In this document: positions 36,771 through 47,843 of the stretch, in pieces
Layout: every line of letters begins with the position of its first letter
Position numbering within the stretch: the first letter of the stretch is position 1
Assembly (NCBI GenBank): GCA_965644495.1
Contig: CBFFSA010000011.1
Location: 248,001 to 312,000 of the forward strand
DNA from: Perkinsela sp. CCAP 1560/9
Taxonomy: Eukaryota; Protista; Euglenozoa: Kinetoplastea
Reading direction: 5' to 3'
DNA: 64,000 nucleotides
Program-made: the position numbers and the translations under genes
The notes under the pieces: model-generated
The model's input: only the letters and a program-made list of their open reading frames with translations
What the model was told of the DNA's origin: nothing
The model's database searches: none

Positions 36771-37571
36771 GTGGTGTTTACGTTGCGAGAAACGTTTCGC
36801 ATCCCTCTTGTCCGGACGGAAAGCACGATGCAATGGCTCCGCATGAGCAAGGCGGAAAGAAACGCCATGAAGTACGCTCCAGAACTCATGTATCGCATGG
36901 AAGACAATATTGTCTCTCTGTGCGTCAAGTGGGTGACAGACAGGCTTCGTCTGATATCTGATGCCGAGAGCAACGCGTCAGAAACACTATGTAACGTCAG
37001 AATTGACGGTGACATTCTGATTCATGGATTAGTGATTCTCACTAAAGCCCGTACGACGGGACTGCTCTACTTCAAGGATTCCGAGCGTTCCGAAAATCAC
37101 GGCATTCGAGAGGAGGAGATGCCTGCGTATTGGCGTTGGAAGGTGACCGAGACTTGGTCCTTGGCAATTGAGGATCTACCTGCGGAAAGCATGGCCACTC
37201 ACATGGTAGCTTTCTTGAAAGAAAGGTATAAAGGCGTATTCGAGAGTTCGAAGCGCGATCGAGAGCAATTAAGTGAGTGGTTTAGGGCCATGTGGCGAAG
37301 CTTGCGCGGTCACAACGTTCAAAGTGGTCAAAACTACCGTGATCGAAGCAAGAAACTGAAAGATAAAGTTGAAGAATGTTGTGACGTTTTATCACGGACT
37401 GTGACTGACGTAAAGAGAATCGTTGTGGAAGTGGAAGAGCTGCGTAAGGAAGTAAGTACTTTGAAAAACGAAGTTTGTTGTCTTGAATGCGAAAATAAAC
37501 GAGATGACTCGAAAAGTGTAGAAAGTAGTTCAAAAAGGCACAAGCCTTACAGTCTCACGGGTATTCGCTAA
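36771..37571 (+). CDS. Accessory ORF1 of the PIF-like element (coiled-coil C-terminus)
   Basis: Homologous segment is joined to transposase sequence in the copy at 23.4-23.9 kb. Confidence 0.6.
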   Translation: MVFTLRETFRIPLVRTESTMQWLRMSKAERNAMKYAPELMYRMEDNIVSLCVKWVTDRLRLISDAESNASETLCNVRIDGDILIHGLVILTKARTTGLLYFKDSERSENHGIREEEMPAYWRWKVTETWSLAIEDLPAESMATHMVAFLKERYKGVFESSKRDREQLSEWFRAMWRSLRGHNVQSGQNYRDRSKKLKDKVEECCDVLSRTVTDVKRIVVEVEELRKEVSTLKNEVCCLECENKRDDSKSVESSSKRHKPYSLTGIR

Positions 37572-37718
37572 AGATCACTAAAGATACGAAATTTTTGAAG
37601 GAAGCAAAGCACGCTTTTTGGACCAGACCTGTGGAAGTACAGTGTGTATACTTGTAACGTACATGCATGTATTCTTGTGTAACCCCGTCACATCATATTT
37701 TTATGTTGTCATACTTTT

Positions 37719-38835
37719 ATGTCATTTCTCAAAACTTTAATGCTGTTACAGATCAATAAGGTTTGTCGTGAACTAACCGGGTACTCGCACGAAGTGGTTG
37801 AAGTGCTTTCACATCGTTTGCACTGTGACTTCCTCAGCGTTTGTTGTGCCTCGGCGACGGCCCACCTTAACCTCACGCATGCGCAGGCCTCTGTTGTGCT
37901 CGCTCCATATTTGGGTGAGTATTTGTCCCCTACATGGGTGTGGAAAAAGAATGTTCTTCCTGTCTTAAAGGCTTCTGATCGGGTTGGAAACTTGGCAAGA
38001 ACGGAAAGACGTTATACCGTGCGAGAACCAAATTTTATATTGTGCACTAGCATCGTAGATGGGCTTCCGTTGTACAGCAGAGGGTCTAGCGAGCTCTACA
38101 ACGGCATGTAAGTATTGGTCGTTTCAAGTATTAATCATGATGGACGGATGCCCTCTTTTTTGGAGTGGGCCGTTTGAGGGTCGATCCCACTGTCTGGCAA
38201 GAGCGGGAATTCCAGGATTTTTTCATCGCGTCGATGAATTAGTTATGGCTGACAAGGCCTATAAAAATGTTCGACACTGTCTTTGTCAGGAAATCGGATC
38301 CAACATAGATGAAGTCTATGACATGAAGTTTCGTAGGATCCGAAACAGAGTCGAACGCTTCATTGCTCTCTTAAAGCAGCATCAATTTTTCTATAAAAAT
38401 CGTCATAAGAAGCACGTTCTACGTTCATTCTTTGGCTTGCTATGGAACGCTGAGTGCATTCACTGGGAAGTCGAAAAGCCAAATCTTTACCCCGATTCCG
38501 TGGAACACTTAAAGGAAAGGGATTCGCGAGTCGGTGAGTGGAAGACACGAAGTTTCTGCTCCTGTAAGTTTCATAAGGATGATAAAGAAGATCAAGCGTA
38601 TATCAAAAAGTATCGCGATCATACTAAACTACTAGTTCATATGGCCGGAGTGCGCCCTGGTAAATGTCCTGCACACGGGTTAAAAGGAAAAACTACGTAT
38701 GAGAGATTGACGAAGAGCGCGATAAAGGAGAGAGATTCTGAAATAAGAAATCAGAAAAGAATTGATCAGCAGGAACGAAGGAAACAAAGCAAACGACTTA
38801 ATCGTCAAGCTCTTTCGGAATTCCATAATGAATGA
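37719..38835 (+). pseudogene. DDE_Tnp_4 (PIF/Harbinger/IS5-like) transposase, frameshifted near 38100
   Basis: IVDG...YNG/K...FQV...DG....SGPFEGRSH...MADKAY...RIRNRVERFIALLK motifs. Confidence 0.8.
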
Positions 38836-39522
38836 AATAATTAAAAGAAATCACAAGAAACGGCCGCAGAAGAATCACAATGTGGGGTTTTGGGGTGACG
38901 TTTTGTGGTTTAGGCCAGGGTCGATAGTTCATTTTGCTCGCCCTTGTCTGTTCCCCAGCTCTGTTGCAAGAGCAATCAACATTTTCGACAAGAATGTGGA
39001 TGTCCCATCTGCTGAGGAGCCGTTTTTCAAGCTTTCACGTAAAGAGTGGTTCCCCTGGCAAAGAGCTTTGCCGCCATTTTTTTCATGTATCCCCTGGGTA
39101 AAAACGCCAGGGAAACTGGTGCAACCGGGGCTTGGGCGCTTATTGGATAGCAGCAACTCCGTGCATCACAAACCATTGTTCTTCGTTGTGAATAAGTGCG
39201 TGGCCGGACTTCTCAGGGTGTTACCGTAGACTGCCCCCTAGTACCATACCTTAGTACCTTAGTACCATACCTTGGTATCTTTAGTACCATACCTGTGAGT
39301 CCAGTAAGAGAGATTAGGCCCTTTTTGGGCTGAGCCCCAGTAAGGGAGATTTGGTTCGATTGGCTGAGCCAGTGGGGGTGACTGGACGGGGGAGCGTGGT
39401 TGGGCGAGGTGACGGTACTTGGGCGGGCGGTGATGTCTTTTTTAGACGCTTCAAATAGCCGTATGAACCTGCAAATGCCGTAAAAAGATTTGAAAAGATA
39501 TTTGAATCATTTGTGAATTGCA

Positions 39523-39790
39523 TTATTCCATCGAGTAATGAATAGTTGAGTGCTCTGACATCCGCCGTCCTCGTCGAAGGCATGGGACTAGATCTGTTCC
39601 TTCGTGAGTCAAGTGCCCAGCGCATCCATGTCGCAGGCAATGAAACGACCATGTCTGTTGTTGATTCCTTTTAACCTGATGAGCAATGCGTGAAGCATAG
39701 GGGAGTGGAACCCCAGGAAAGACAAACCCCATGCTGGAAAAGAAAGGGAAACAATAAGTGTCGGCAGCGCCTTTCTCGTCAAAACTAAAA
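39523..39790 (-). pseudogene. Tyrosine recombinase C-terminal fragment (VIPER/TATE/DIRS/Crypton-like)
   Basis: FVFP...HCLRHGCA..L...G........GR.......HY = HxxR ... catalytic Y motif. Confidence 0.65.
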
Positions 39791-39896
39791 AAATAAACTT
39801 TTTTTTATATTCTGTTATTACATAGCCCACTGAGACATTTTTTGTGTGACACTTACTTCAAACTCTACTTTTTTGCAAGCAGAATATTTTTTTCAT

Positions 39897-40538
39897 ATGG
39901 AGAGTATACAGAGGTGCGATTTGCGACGGAGTCAATTCAGGCATGCCTCTATGCCTGAGAAAGCCTTGACGCAATTTTTACGTAATATTGTTCACGATGA
40001 ACCCTCATGGGATCCACGCGTTCCGTTGTCACAGTGGCGCGGCGTACGAAGAGAAGGCAATTCTATTGATTGGCGCAGAGTTCAAGAGCACGAAATCGTG
40101 CTTTCTGGCAATTTTACTTGGGAATACCTTCCTGAAAATGTTCATTTCTTTCGAATCTCTCAACAAGGTCTCTCGGGTCCGGTTGATACTGCATTGTTAC
40201 CCATCGAAATGGAAATCTTGGACATTTCCTACAATACATTTTATGGAATACTTGACCTAACAAGTCTCCCACCAAATATGCGAAAACTTTATGCTCACTT
40301 CAACTCATTTGGTGGGAGAATTTCTCTTTCATCTTTACCTGAAGGCATGGAACTGATAAACTTGTCATGGAATTATTTCAAGGGTGTTGCCGACGCATCT
40401 AACGTACCTGATTCCTTGAGTTTTTTGCATTTGCATGGAAACGACATCATCCTATTTCCCGAAGAATTAAGCGTTAGAAACGTAATGAGTGATGCGGACA
40501 AGGTTAATGACTGGGGTTTTGTTGCATATTTGACATGA
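39897..40538 (+). CDS. LRR family protein
   Basis: EPSWDP..PLSQWRGV cap and LRRs. Confidence 0.9.
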   Translation: MESIQRCDLRRSQFRHASMPEKALTQFLRNIVHDEPSWDPRVPLSQWRGVRREGNSIDWRRVQEHEIVLSGNFTWEYLPENVHFFRISQQGLSGPVDTALLPIEMEILDISYNTFYGILDLTSLPPNMRKLYAHFNSFGGRISLSSLPEGMELINLSWNYFKGVADASNVPDSLSFLHLHGNDIILFPEELSVRNVMSDADKVNDWGFVAYLT

Positions 40539-42236
40539 TTAGGCTACATGGCCCTGGGTGCATGGCTGATTTCACCCGATACTTAGTCTTGAAAATTATG
40601 TAACTCAGTACCTCACATCTGTTTCTCTGTGGTCTTCTGTGGGCAAAGATCAAGTTCATACCTATTCATATGCCTTCATCTATACATAAAGAAAATACTA
40701 TAATTTGTAAGAATTTAATCAAACTTTTGTGCATAATATAGACTTGTATGATAAGCTATGTTTTTATTTAGCGTAGACGTTTTTATTTACCGGGTAGACA
40801 TTGTAAACATATTGTAGAAACAAGCTGCAGGTATATAGATGTATGATGATAAGATAGTGATGTTGAATATGTGAGATTGCACAAAACTACTTCACTTCGC
40901 ATTAATTACTGTGCCCCCGCACTTTTAGTGTCTTTTTGCAAAAAAATGAATAAAATTGTAGGAAAAATATTTGACCTTTTTTTACCAAAAACGTAGAGTA
41001 AATATGGTGTAAATTTCTACTATTTACAACATTTCTAATATTTAAGGAAATCATTGAAACTTGGTCATTAGTTCCCTTTATCCATTCAATGACTGCTGAT
41101 TCTCACGAAAACGAGGCACCAGACAAAGCACACACTCGTGAATCGGCGATTTCAGGTCCTTTGGTCCGATGATTTACGGTTATTCCACCAGTGCCGAGAA
41201 TAGGCCCCCTTGTGGCCAGCCGTTCTTCTCCCAACACACTTGATTCTCTTGCCATCAGCACACCTAGGACCTCTAGAGTGTGTTTAACTATGTAAGAGAA
41301 TTTGAATGTCTGTTTGAGCGAATTCAACGCAAAAATGCTGAGCGAAATGTATCGGATCAGTTTAAGAACTGTCCGAAGCACATACGTACTCTAAAGGTGA
41401 CCTGCAGTGACCTCACTACAGGTTACTACATTTTTTATTAATGAGATGACGCAAACTTGAGGACGCAAAACCGCCCCGCATCTCGGGGGTTAAGACATCT
41501 GTTTCGGAAAATTATATATGTAATAATATATGTAATCATGCGGTATTTGAGAGTACTGTCACCCATGTAACCTACTAGTATCAAATTTTTATGACGGCAA
41601 TCAATATGGCGTTCATATTACTGACATGCATGTCATTCTAAAAATTCGTGATCCTTAGAATCATGATCCTTAGAATCCCTTCATAGATGATGACCTTATT
41701 GCTCTTGTCTACCTCGTCGTCGAGCATTAGAGTCTACACTGTAGACTCTACAGAACCTCTGACGACACTCAGGCGCCATATATCGCTCTGGAGTCGAAAG
41801 CTTAGAATGATGGCACTGATCTTGAACAGAAGCGTCTAAATGCTCAGACGCATGCCACTTGATTGGACGCCTGGAATAGGAATTCTAGGAGGCGTTTTAG
41901 CAAGAAGGTAGCTGTACTACGCGAGACCTGTTTTCTCCGCAATCGTTTCGCACCTCGCGCCGTGAAACCGTTGGCAGCCCAGAGCGCTCTGGTATTGGAT
42001 CAACATTTGCTTTGCATTGGTTTCACTTGCTGAATCGCTCCCGTGATATTGCGGCGAAGATCTGCGACTGTGAAACCCAGCCAGGATGAAGTCCGACACG
42101 ATAATAACACTCAGATATGCAAAATGCAACAAAAATTAGGCAAAACGGTCATACGATAGTTTTCGTGCACCCCCCCCCACTGTATAATGACAGCTCTCCT
42201 TTCTTCACGTTATTTTCGATAAAGACCTTTTACGAG

Positions 42237-42824
42237 ATGATATATTCGTCTTTTGCAAACGCCGCCGACAATATTCCATCCTCTCGACTGGGAAAAATTC
42301 GAGGTGTTCACTTACCTACTGAATACGAACTTGAGAAGTTGATAAGAGGTGTACAGAACCCGCATTCCTCATGGAGCGCGAACACACCTGCATGCGAGTG
42401 GCATGAGGTAACCTGCAATGAGGAAGGAGATGTCACAAGGATAGAGTGGTCCGGTCTCGGTTTGCGTGGTACATTGGATTGGAAGCACATTCCAAAAACC
42501 GCAAAGTATGTCGACGTCATGAACAATGAGATCGAGGGAACACTTGAGCTATCAGCACTTCCACGTGAATTAGAAAAATTTTGGGCTGGAGAGAACAAAC
42601 TTTCTGGCTCTCTTCAATTCTGTGATCTTCCACCAACACTAGAAATACTTAACTTAAGTGAAAACTACTTTACTGGGCATGCTGACTTGTCTTGTCTTCC
42701 ATCTGAGCTTAGAGGCATGAATATTTCGGGCAATAAAGGTTTGAGAGGTACTGTGCATACGTCGAATCTCTCTGAAACTTTGACATACAGGTGTGTTCGG
42801 AACACGAAGATCACTTTTATTTAG
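42237..42824 (+). CDS. LRR family protein
   Basis: AAD...RLGKIRGVHLPTEY motif, PACEW..V.C cap. An upstream ATG at 42117 is possible. Confidence 0.9.
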   Translation: MIYSSFANAADNIPSSRLGKIRGVHLPTEYELEKLIRGVQNPHSSWSANTPACEWHEVTCNEEGDVTRIEWSGLGLRGTLDWKHIPKTAKYVDVMNNEIEGTLELSALPRELEKFWAGENKLSGSLQFCDLPPTLEILNLSENYFTGHADLSCLPSELRGMNISGNKGLRGTVHTSNLSETLTYRCVRNTKITFI

Positions 42825-43265
42825 GGTGCGCAGAATCATAAAAAAGAATACAATGATGCATGTACGATGTTTTTGAGTCTTAATTTTTTTGTTGTTAAGA
42901 AGCAGTCTGCTAGGCTTCGTATTTGTGACAAAGCTGAATATTTCTTCTTATTCCTATTCGCTCTGCTCATTTCCTGTTTATATTAAGAGTCACTTACTCA
43001 AAATAAGACACAATTAAAGGTAGAGATAATTTATGTTTTTCTGAGAAATTTGCTCTTCAATAACAAGGCAAATGACCCATTGAAATGAGATAGATATCTT
43101 GTTACCGTAGGATCAGCGAGATCGGTCAAATGCGCTATTCTTTTCTAAAATACAACAAAAGATCGCAAAAATCTCGCGCTCAAATAGATCGCAAAAATAG
43201 ACCCCTGGTCCTTCTATTTCCGTCCCTGTCTCTATTCACTTTGCTGAATCACTTTATACGTTTTC

Positions 43266-44618
43266 ATGGTCCGAAAGATGCGTAAGCGAGCGAGACGTTC
43301 ACGCGAGTTCCAGCACCGTGCTTTACTTCTTTCCTATATTGGGACATCCTACCGGGGGTTACAACTCCAGCCGGAGCACTCGGATACAATAGACGACGCT
43401 CTCCTTCGTGCGGTTCACGAGGAGGGGCTGCTGCCCGAGTACCCTGGGGGGAGCCTGCGCTATCACCGTAGCTGTCGCACCGATAAGGGTGTCCATGCGC
43501 TACGGAATTTAGTCTCCCTTGAGGTTCCCCGTGAGATTTTTCACGATTCGGGAAGTGAAACAAAAACAGAGGCGTGTTACGTTCGTCGGATCAATGAGCG
43601 ATTGCCCCATGATATCAACGTTATTCGTTTCCCTCGTGTCACTTCGGATTTTCGCGCGCGAGAGTCGTGTTCCCGTCGTCGGTATCACTATCTTATCCCC
43701 TTGTACGCATTGGAGCCTGAGGCGGATGACGCGGAAGACTTTAAAAGAGTATTGGAACAAAAGGAGCTTTCGCACACCGCGGGAAGAAAGATTGAAATGA
43801 TGTGTCAGAACGATGACAATGGATGCGATGAGGTTAAGAATGCCACGAAATCATCACCGTCCTCCAAGTCTTCTAATGAATCCCATACCCCAGCGTTGGT
43901 TCCTTACTATACAGACTTGGTGCGCCGTTTTAACGAATACGCGTCGCAATTTCTCGGAGTGCACTGCTTTCATAATTTCGTAGGTGAAAAAGAACGACTG
44001 ACCTCCAAGAGTGATGAAAGCGTGCGAGTGATTCACCAATGTGAGATCTTGACAGGCAATTTCCTCTATCTGGCGTCCGATCCCGTAGTTGAGTACGTCG
44101 TCTTTTGCATCGAAGCCCAGAGTTTTCTTCTTCACATGATTCAAAAAGTTGTGGGTACATGTATTGCTCTCTGTCGTGGGGTACCCAGTGATTTGCTCGA
44201 GAAAGCTCTGCAAAAAGGGTACGTCGTAGATACTCCGCTATCGCCGGCATCGAATTTATATCTGCACACTCCCTACTACTACACTTATGACAAAAACCAC
44301 AATATCCGGATGCGTCAGACCTGTTCTCAGAGTACCAATGCGTGCGTTGGTCTTCCTTGTAGTGATTCACATGTTCAGCCAAACGAAAATGGTCGTTCAT
44401 TAACAGAGAGCTCAGTTCCACTGCAGGAGGAAACTGCTCCGTCGGAAGATCTTTTTCCTAAGATAAGTTCCTTGTGGGAGTCTTCGGAAGCCATTGATCG
44501 CTTTCAACGTCGCATATGGGAAGAAATTGGACGTATTGAGAAGGAAAGCATGTCCATGACCAAATTTATTAGAATGCTCCGGATGCATAACTGGAGCATA
44601 CGCAAGGAGAGCGTGTGA
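43266..44618 (+). CDS. PUS1: tRNA pseudouridine synthase, TruA/PUS1 family
   Basis: SYIGTSYRGLQ, catalytic RTDKGVHA, RRYHYL, G.H.FHNF, SFLLHMI.K.VG. Confidence 0.92.
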   Translation: MVRKMRKRARRSREFQHRALLLSYIGTSYRGLQLQPEHSDTIDDALLRAVHEEGLLPEYPGGSLRYHRSCRTDKGVHALRNLVSLEVPREIFHDSGSETKTEACYVRRINERLPHDINVIRFPRVTSDFRARESCSRRRYHYLIPLYALEPEADDAEDFKRVLEQKELSHTAGRKIEMMCQNDDNGCDEVKNATKSSPSSKSSNESHTPALVPYYTDLVRRFNEYASQFLGVHCFHNFVGEKERLTSKSDESVRVIHQCEILTGNFLYLASDPVVEYVVFCIEAQSFLLHMIQKVVGTCIALCRGVPSDLLEKALQKGYVVDTPLSPASNLYLHTPYYYTYDKNHNIRMRQTCSQSTNACVGLPCSDSHVQPNENGRSLTESSVPLQEETAPSEDLFPKISSLWESSEAIDRFQRRIWEEIGRIEKESMSMTKFIRMLRMHNWSIRKESV

Positions 44619-44907
44619 ACAACTGATGTTCATCAAAGCTCTGTGCGCATCAATTCTCTATACGTGCCGCATGACGGGCTTCATTTCGAAAGGGGATTTT
44701 TACTGGTCAGTGGATTTTACAATGTGTTTTGTTCACTTTAGATTTTCATAGTGTGAGGCATAGTCCTTTCTTTTTGATAGTGATTCCGCAGGAATAGCTT
44801 GTAGGCATCATCAATGTGTTTCTTATACACTGTTTTCAGTTGAAAACAACGTCAAATGTTTGAATGAAGCTCGAATATATTCGTACTAATAAAATCAAAG
44901 CAACAGG

Positions 44908-45531
44908 ATGTCTTTTGCTTGTCTGAGTGCTGCCGACGCAGGTTGTCGACCAAGCAAAGTACGAGGCGCCATCTTACCACAGGAGTACACTCTATTAAGA
45001 TTTCTAAGCAAAGCTAACTTCTCAGATACATCCTGGAGCACTCAGACTCCAGCTTGTGATTGGACGGGTATTACATGCAATGCAGACCAAGCGGTAATTC
45101 ATATAGATTGGAGCTTTGATCTTTTTGCAACTGATCCTCCTGATGTTCATGGTGAACTTCTTTGGCAGCACATGCCGCGTACTGTTATGCATTTCGAAGC
45201 CAGATACCAGCTCTTGTCAGGGCCCGTAGAATTACCAGACTTACCTCCTGATTTACAGGAATTCGACATAAATAACAATAAGTGCGACGGTTCATTGGAA
45301 TTCACTAGTTTGCCCCGCAGAATTGAAATCTTAGTTTTGCGAAATAATATGTTTTTTGGTACCATTGATTTGACAAGTCTGCCGGTGGCGATCCGTACGA
45401 TTGATTTGAGCCGCAATCAATTATGTGGGGAATTAAATTTTATAAAGCTTCCTGCGAGTCTCCAAAGGTTGAATCTTTCAGATAATGGCTACATAAAGCC
45501 TGATCGATTACCTGCAGTTGTCCTTATGTAG
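44908..45531 (+). CDS. LRR family protein
   Basis: AADAGCRPSKVRGAILPQEY motif; same subfamily as A/B. Confidence 0.9.
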   Translation: MSFACLSAADAGCRPSKVRGAILPQEYTLLRFLSKANFSDTSWSTQTPACDWTGITCNADQAVIHIDWSFDLFATDPPDVHGELLWQHMPRTVMHFEARYQLLSGPVELPDLPPDLQEFDINNNKCDGSLEFTSLPRRIEILVLRNNMFFGTIDLTSLPVAIRTIDLSRNQLCGELNFIKLPASLQRLNLSDNGYIKPDRLPAVVLM

Positions 45532-45855
45532 CGGAATACAAAATCGTAAGTAAGACACCCGTCTCTAAATACAATACTACTATTGTAGTACACCCCCGCG
45601 CAAATGTGTTATAATTTATTAGTATCGATCACGATTTTTGGAATCTCTTTCGGGTTCCTGTCATTAGTACACGAGAAACCTTGAAGACTCAGCGACTTGC
45701 GAAGCGTATCCAACTACACTTCAGTACTTATCCAAATATCAGATATTCATTTGGAAACGTAATGTAGCTCTAAAGTTTATATAATCAAAACTAGGAGCTT
45801 ACCGTGTTAGGTGACTCTTATTGTAGTACTAATTACTGCTTTCAGTGTATTTCAA

Positions 45856-46563
45856 ATGAATGCAGCACCACCCAAACGACGTAAGTTGGGAAAAGTCAGC
45901 ATGGCTTCTCTCCCTCAAGAAGCAGAAATGGAAAGATTTTTAAGGGATATGTCTAGGCCACAAGGCTTCCAATGGAATTTTACTGCCTCGCCTTGCACAT
46001 GGAGAGGTGTAGAGTGCGATTTTCGGAACCAAATACGTCGTATAGATTGGTCTAACCTTTCACTCCTTGGCCAGCTGAACTGGAAATATACCCCTCGCAA
46101 CCTGCACTCTTTCAAAGCCCACAACAACCAGATCCACGGCATGCTTGTTTTAGATTTGCTACCTAAAGGGCTCCGCTTGATAGATTTAACAAAAAACGAC
46201 CTCATGAAAACATTAAACTTGTCCAACTTGCCCGAGAATATCCGCGATGTTTTTCTAGGAAGAAACTCATTTTCCGGACCCATTGACTTAACTGCTCTCC
46301 CCTGTTCGCTACAATGGCTATCGCTTCAGTACAACCTCTTCAACGGGGAGCTCGATCTCACTCACCTTCCAGAGAATCTACAAGCTCTGCGTTTAAACAA
46401 CAATGAATTTGTCGGCAGCGTTGCTCTCTCTGCTCTTCCCCGATCGCTTACTGAGCTCACTTTGGATCACAACAAACTGACTAAAATTCCGGACACCTCT
46501 TGTATGCGGCGACCTCTAGAAAACCTAACTTATTATATGAATTATTTTGAAACGGAGTCTTAG
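45856..46563 (+). CDS. LRR family protein
   Basis: LGKVSMASLPQE motif, SPCTWRGVEC cap and about 6 LRRs. Confidence 0.9.
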   Translation: MNAAPPKRRKLGKVSMASLPQEAEMERFLRDMSRPQGFQWNFTASPCTWRGVECDFRNQIRRIDWSNLSLLGQLNWKYTPRNLHSFKAHNNQIHGMLVLDLLPKGLRLIDLTKNDLMKTLNLSNLPENIRDVFLGRNSFSGPIDLTALPCSLQWLSLQYNLFNGELDLTHLPENLQALRLNNNEFVGSVALSALPRSLTELTLDHNKLTKIPDTSCMRRPLENLTYYMNYFETES

Positions 46564-46668
46564 AAAAACAAATGGTGAAAGTCAAGCATTATTTCACAAA
46601 ACAAACTTTTTTTTCTCATTTGATCATATTTTACTCGCAAAGTGTTTTTAGGATATTTTTCGCATATA

Positions 46669-47421
46669 CAGTGGTGTTCAGCGTCTTTTGCCCCCCCTAC
46701 AGGTCTTGTATTTTGTCCGATTTTGGAAATATTTGGTATACCACCGTTTTTCGACCCAATCGTTCCGAATCCGAAGTCCTTTTCACTCGAGCGACCCCCT
46801 ACCCCCCTAGCCAGGTAGGGGTCAAAAAAGCTAATTACAACTTTTTTGGGTTCATTTTTTTGAATATTTCGGATGAGGAACAGCAATAAAGTAGGTCAGA
46901 AGACGTGGAAAAAGAGTGCAAAGTAATCTCTAGTATTTAGTCATATGCACTTTAGTCTCCTTGACCAAAAGAAAACGTTTACTATAGTCCCGGAAGGCTT
47001 TCTTAAACGTTTCTGGTTAATCTTCAGAAAAAAAAGCGAAAAGTTTCAATGATGGACCCGGGGCTAAGTTTATAAAGTTCTTCGAGTGTCTTATAGAACT
47101 TAAGTCGCTTTCAATCGATCGCGAGTGCCGTGCGCATCTCGGGGCACACGAGGCAGGAAGGTAAGCACACGGGGCAGTGCTTTTTCGTCATGAATCACCA
47201 ACAAGTGTACCAATTATAAAAAAAATGTACTCTGTGAAAAAAAAATCGACTTTTTTGCATTTTGTTTTCCGGTTTAGGTGTGATACAGGTGTCCACGAGT
47301 GAAAAGGACCTCGGATTCGGAACGATTCCGGTCGAAAAACAGTCCCATACAAAATATTTCCAAAATCGAACAAAATGCAAGACCTGTATGGGGGGGGGGT
47401 AAAAGAGGCTGAACACTACTG
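46669..47421. mobile_element. Tc1-type MITE with long (~150 bp) imperfect TIRs, TA TSD
   Basis: TA|CAGTGGTGTTCAGCGTCTTTTGCCCCCCCTACAGGTCTTG ... CAAGACCTGTATGGGGGGGGGTAAAAGAGGCTGAACACTACTG|TA. Confidence 0.9.
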
Positions 47422-47843
47422 TATTTTATTTGCACTATTCTCGATGGATTGCTTGTTTTTCTCCGATTTCGAATGTACAGATAGTATTAGCTATATTGTG
47501 CTCGCCCGCGCCCACAAAAATTGTCTTTGGCATTCAAAAAAATGCCTTTTTTTCTTCCCGAAAATTGGCTTTGACCAAACAAATTTAAAATATGGATAAA
47601 AAAGATGCACATTGTTTTACGTTTTTATTTGTGCCAATATGGTTAGATTCACAGTGTTGTATTTGAGGTTTGCGTAATAAATTATTTCTTTCTCTGTATT
47701 ATTGAAACAGTCTCGTTTCAGTTTTTTGCTTAGAAAGTTTTAGCTGTTGAAAGCACAGTTCTTGTGTGCTACTCAACAAGCTCACCACGGACCAGTTTAC
47801 TGAATGTTAATTTGAAGACTACGCTTCGATAAATCTAGTTCCA

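Larger units (their letters stand above)
36506..38916 (+). mobile_element. Two-ORF PIF/Harbinger-ISL2EU-like element (ends tentative)
   Basis: Candidate TIRs GGCTCAAACCAC / GTGGTTTAGGCC; ORF1 36771-37571 followed by a frameshifted DDE_Tnp_4-type transposase. Confidence 0.6.
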
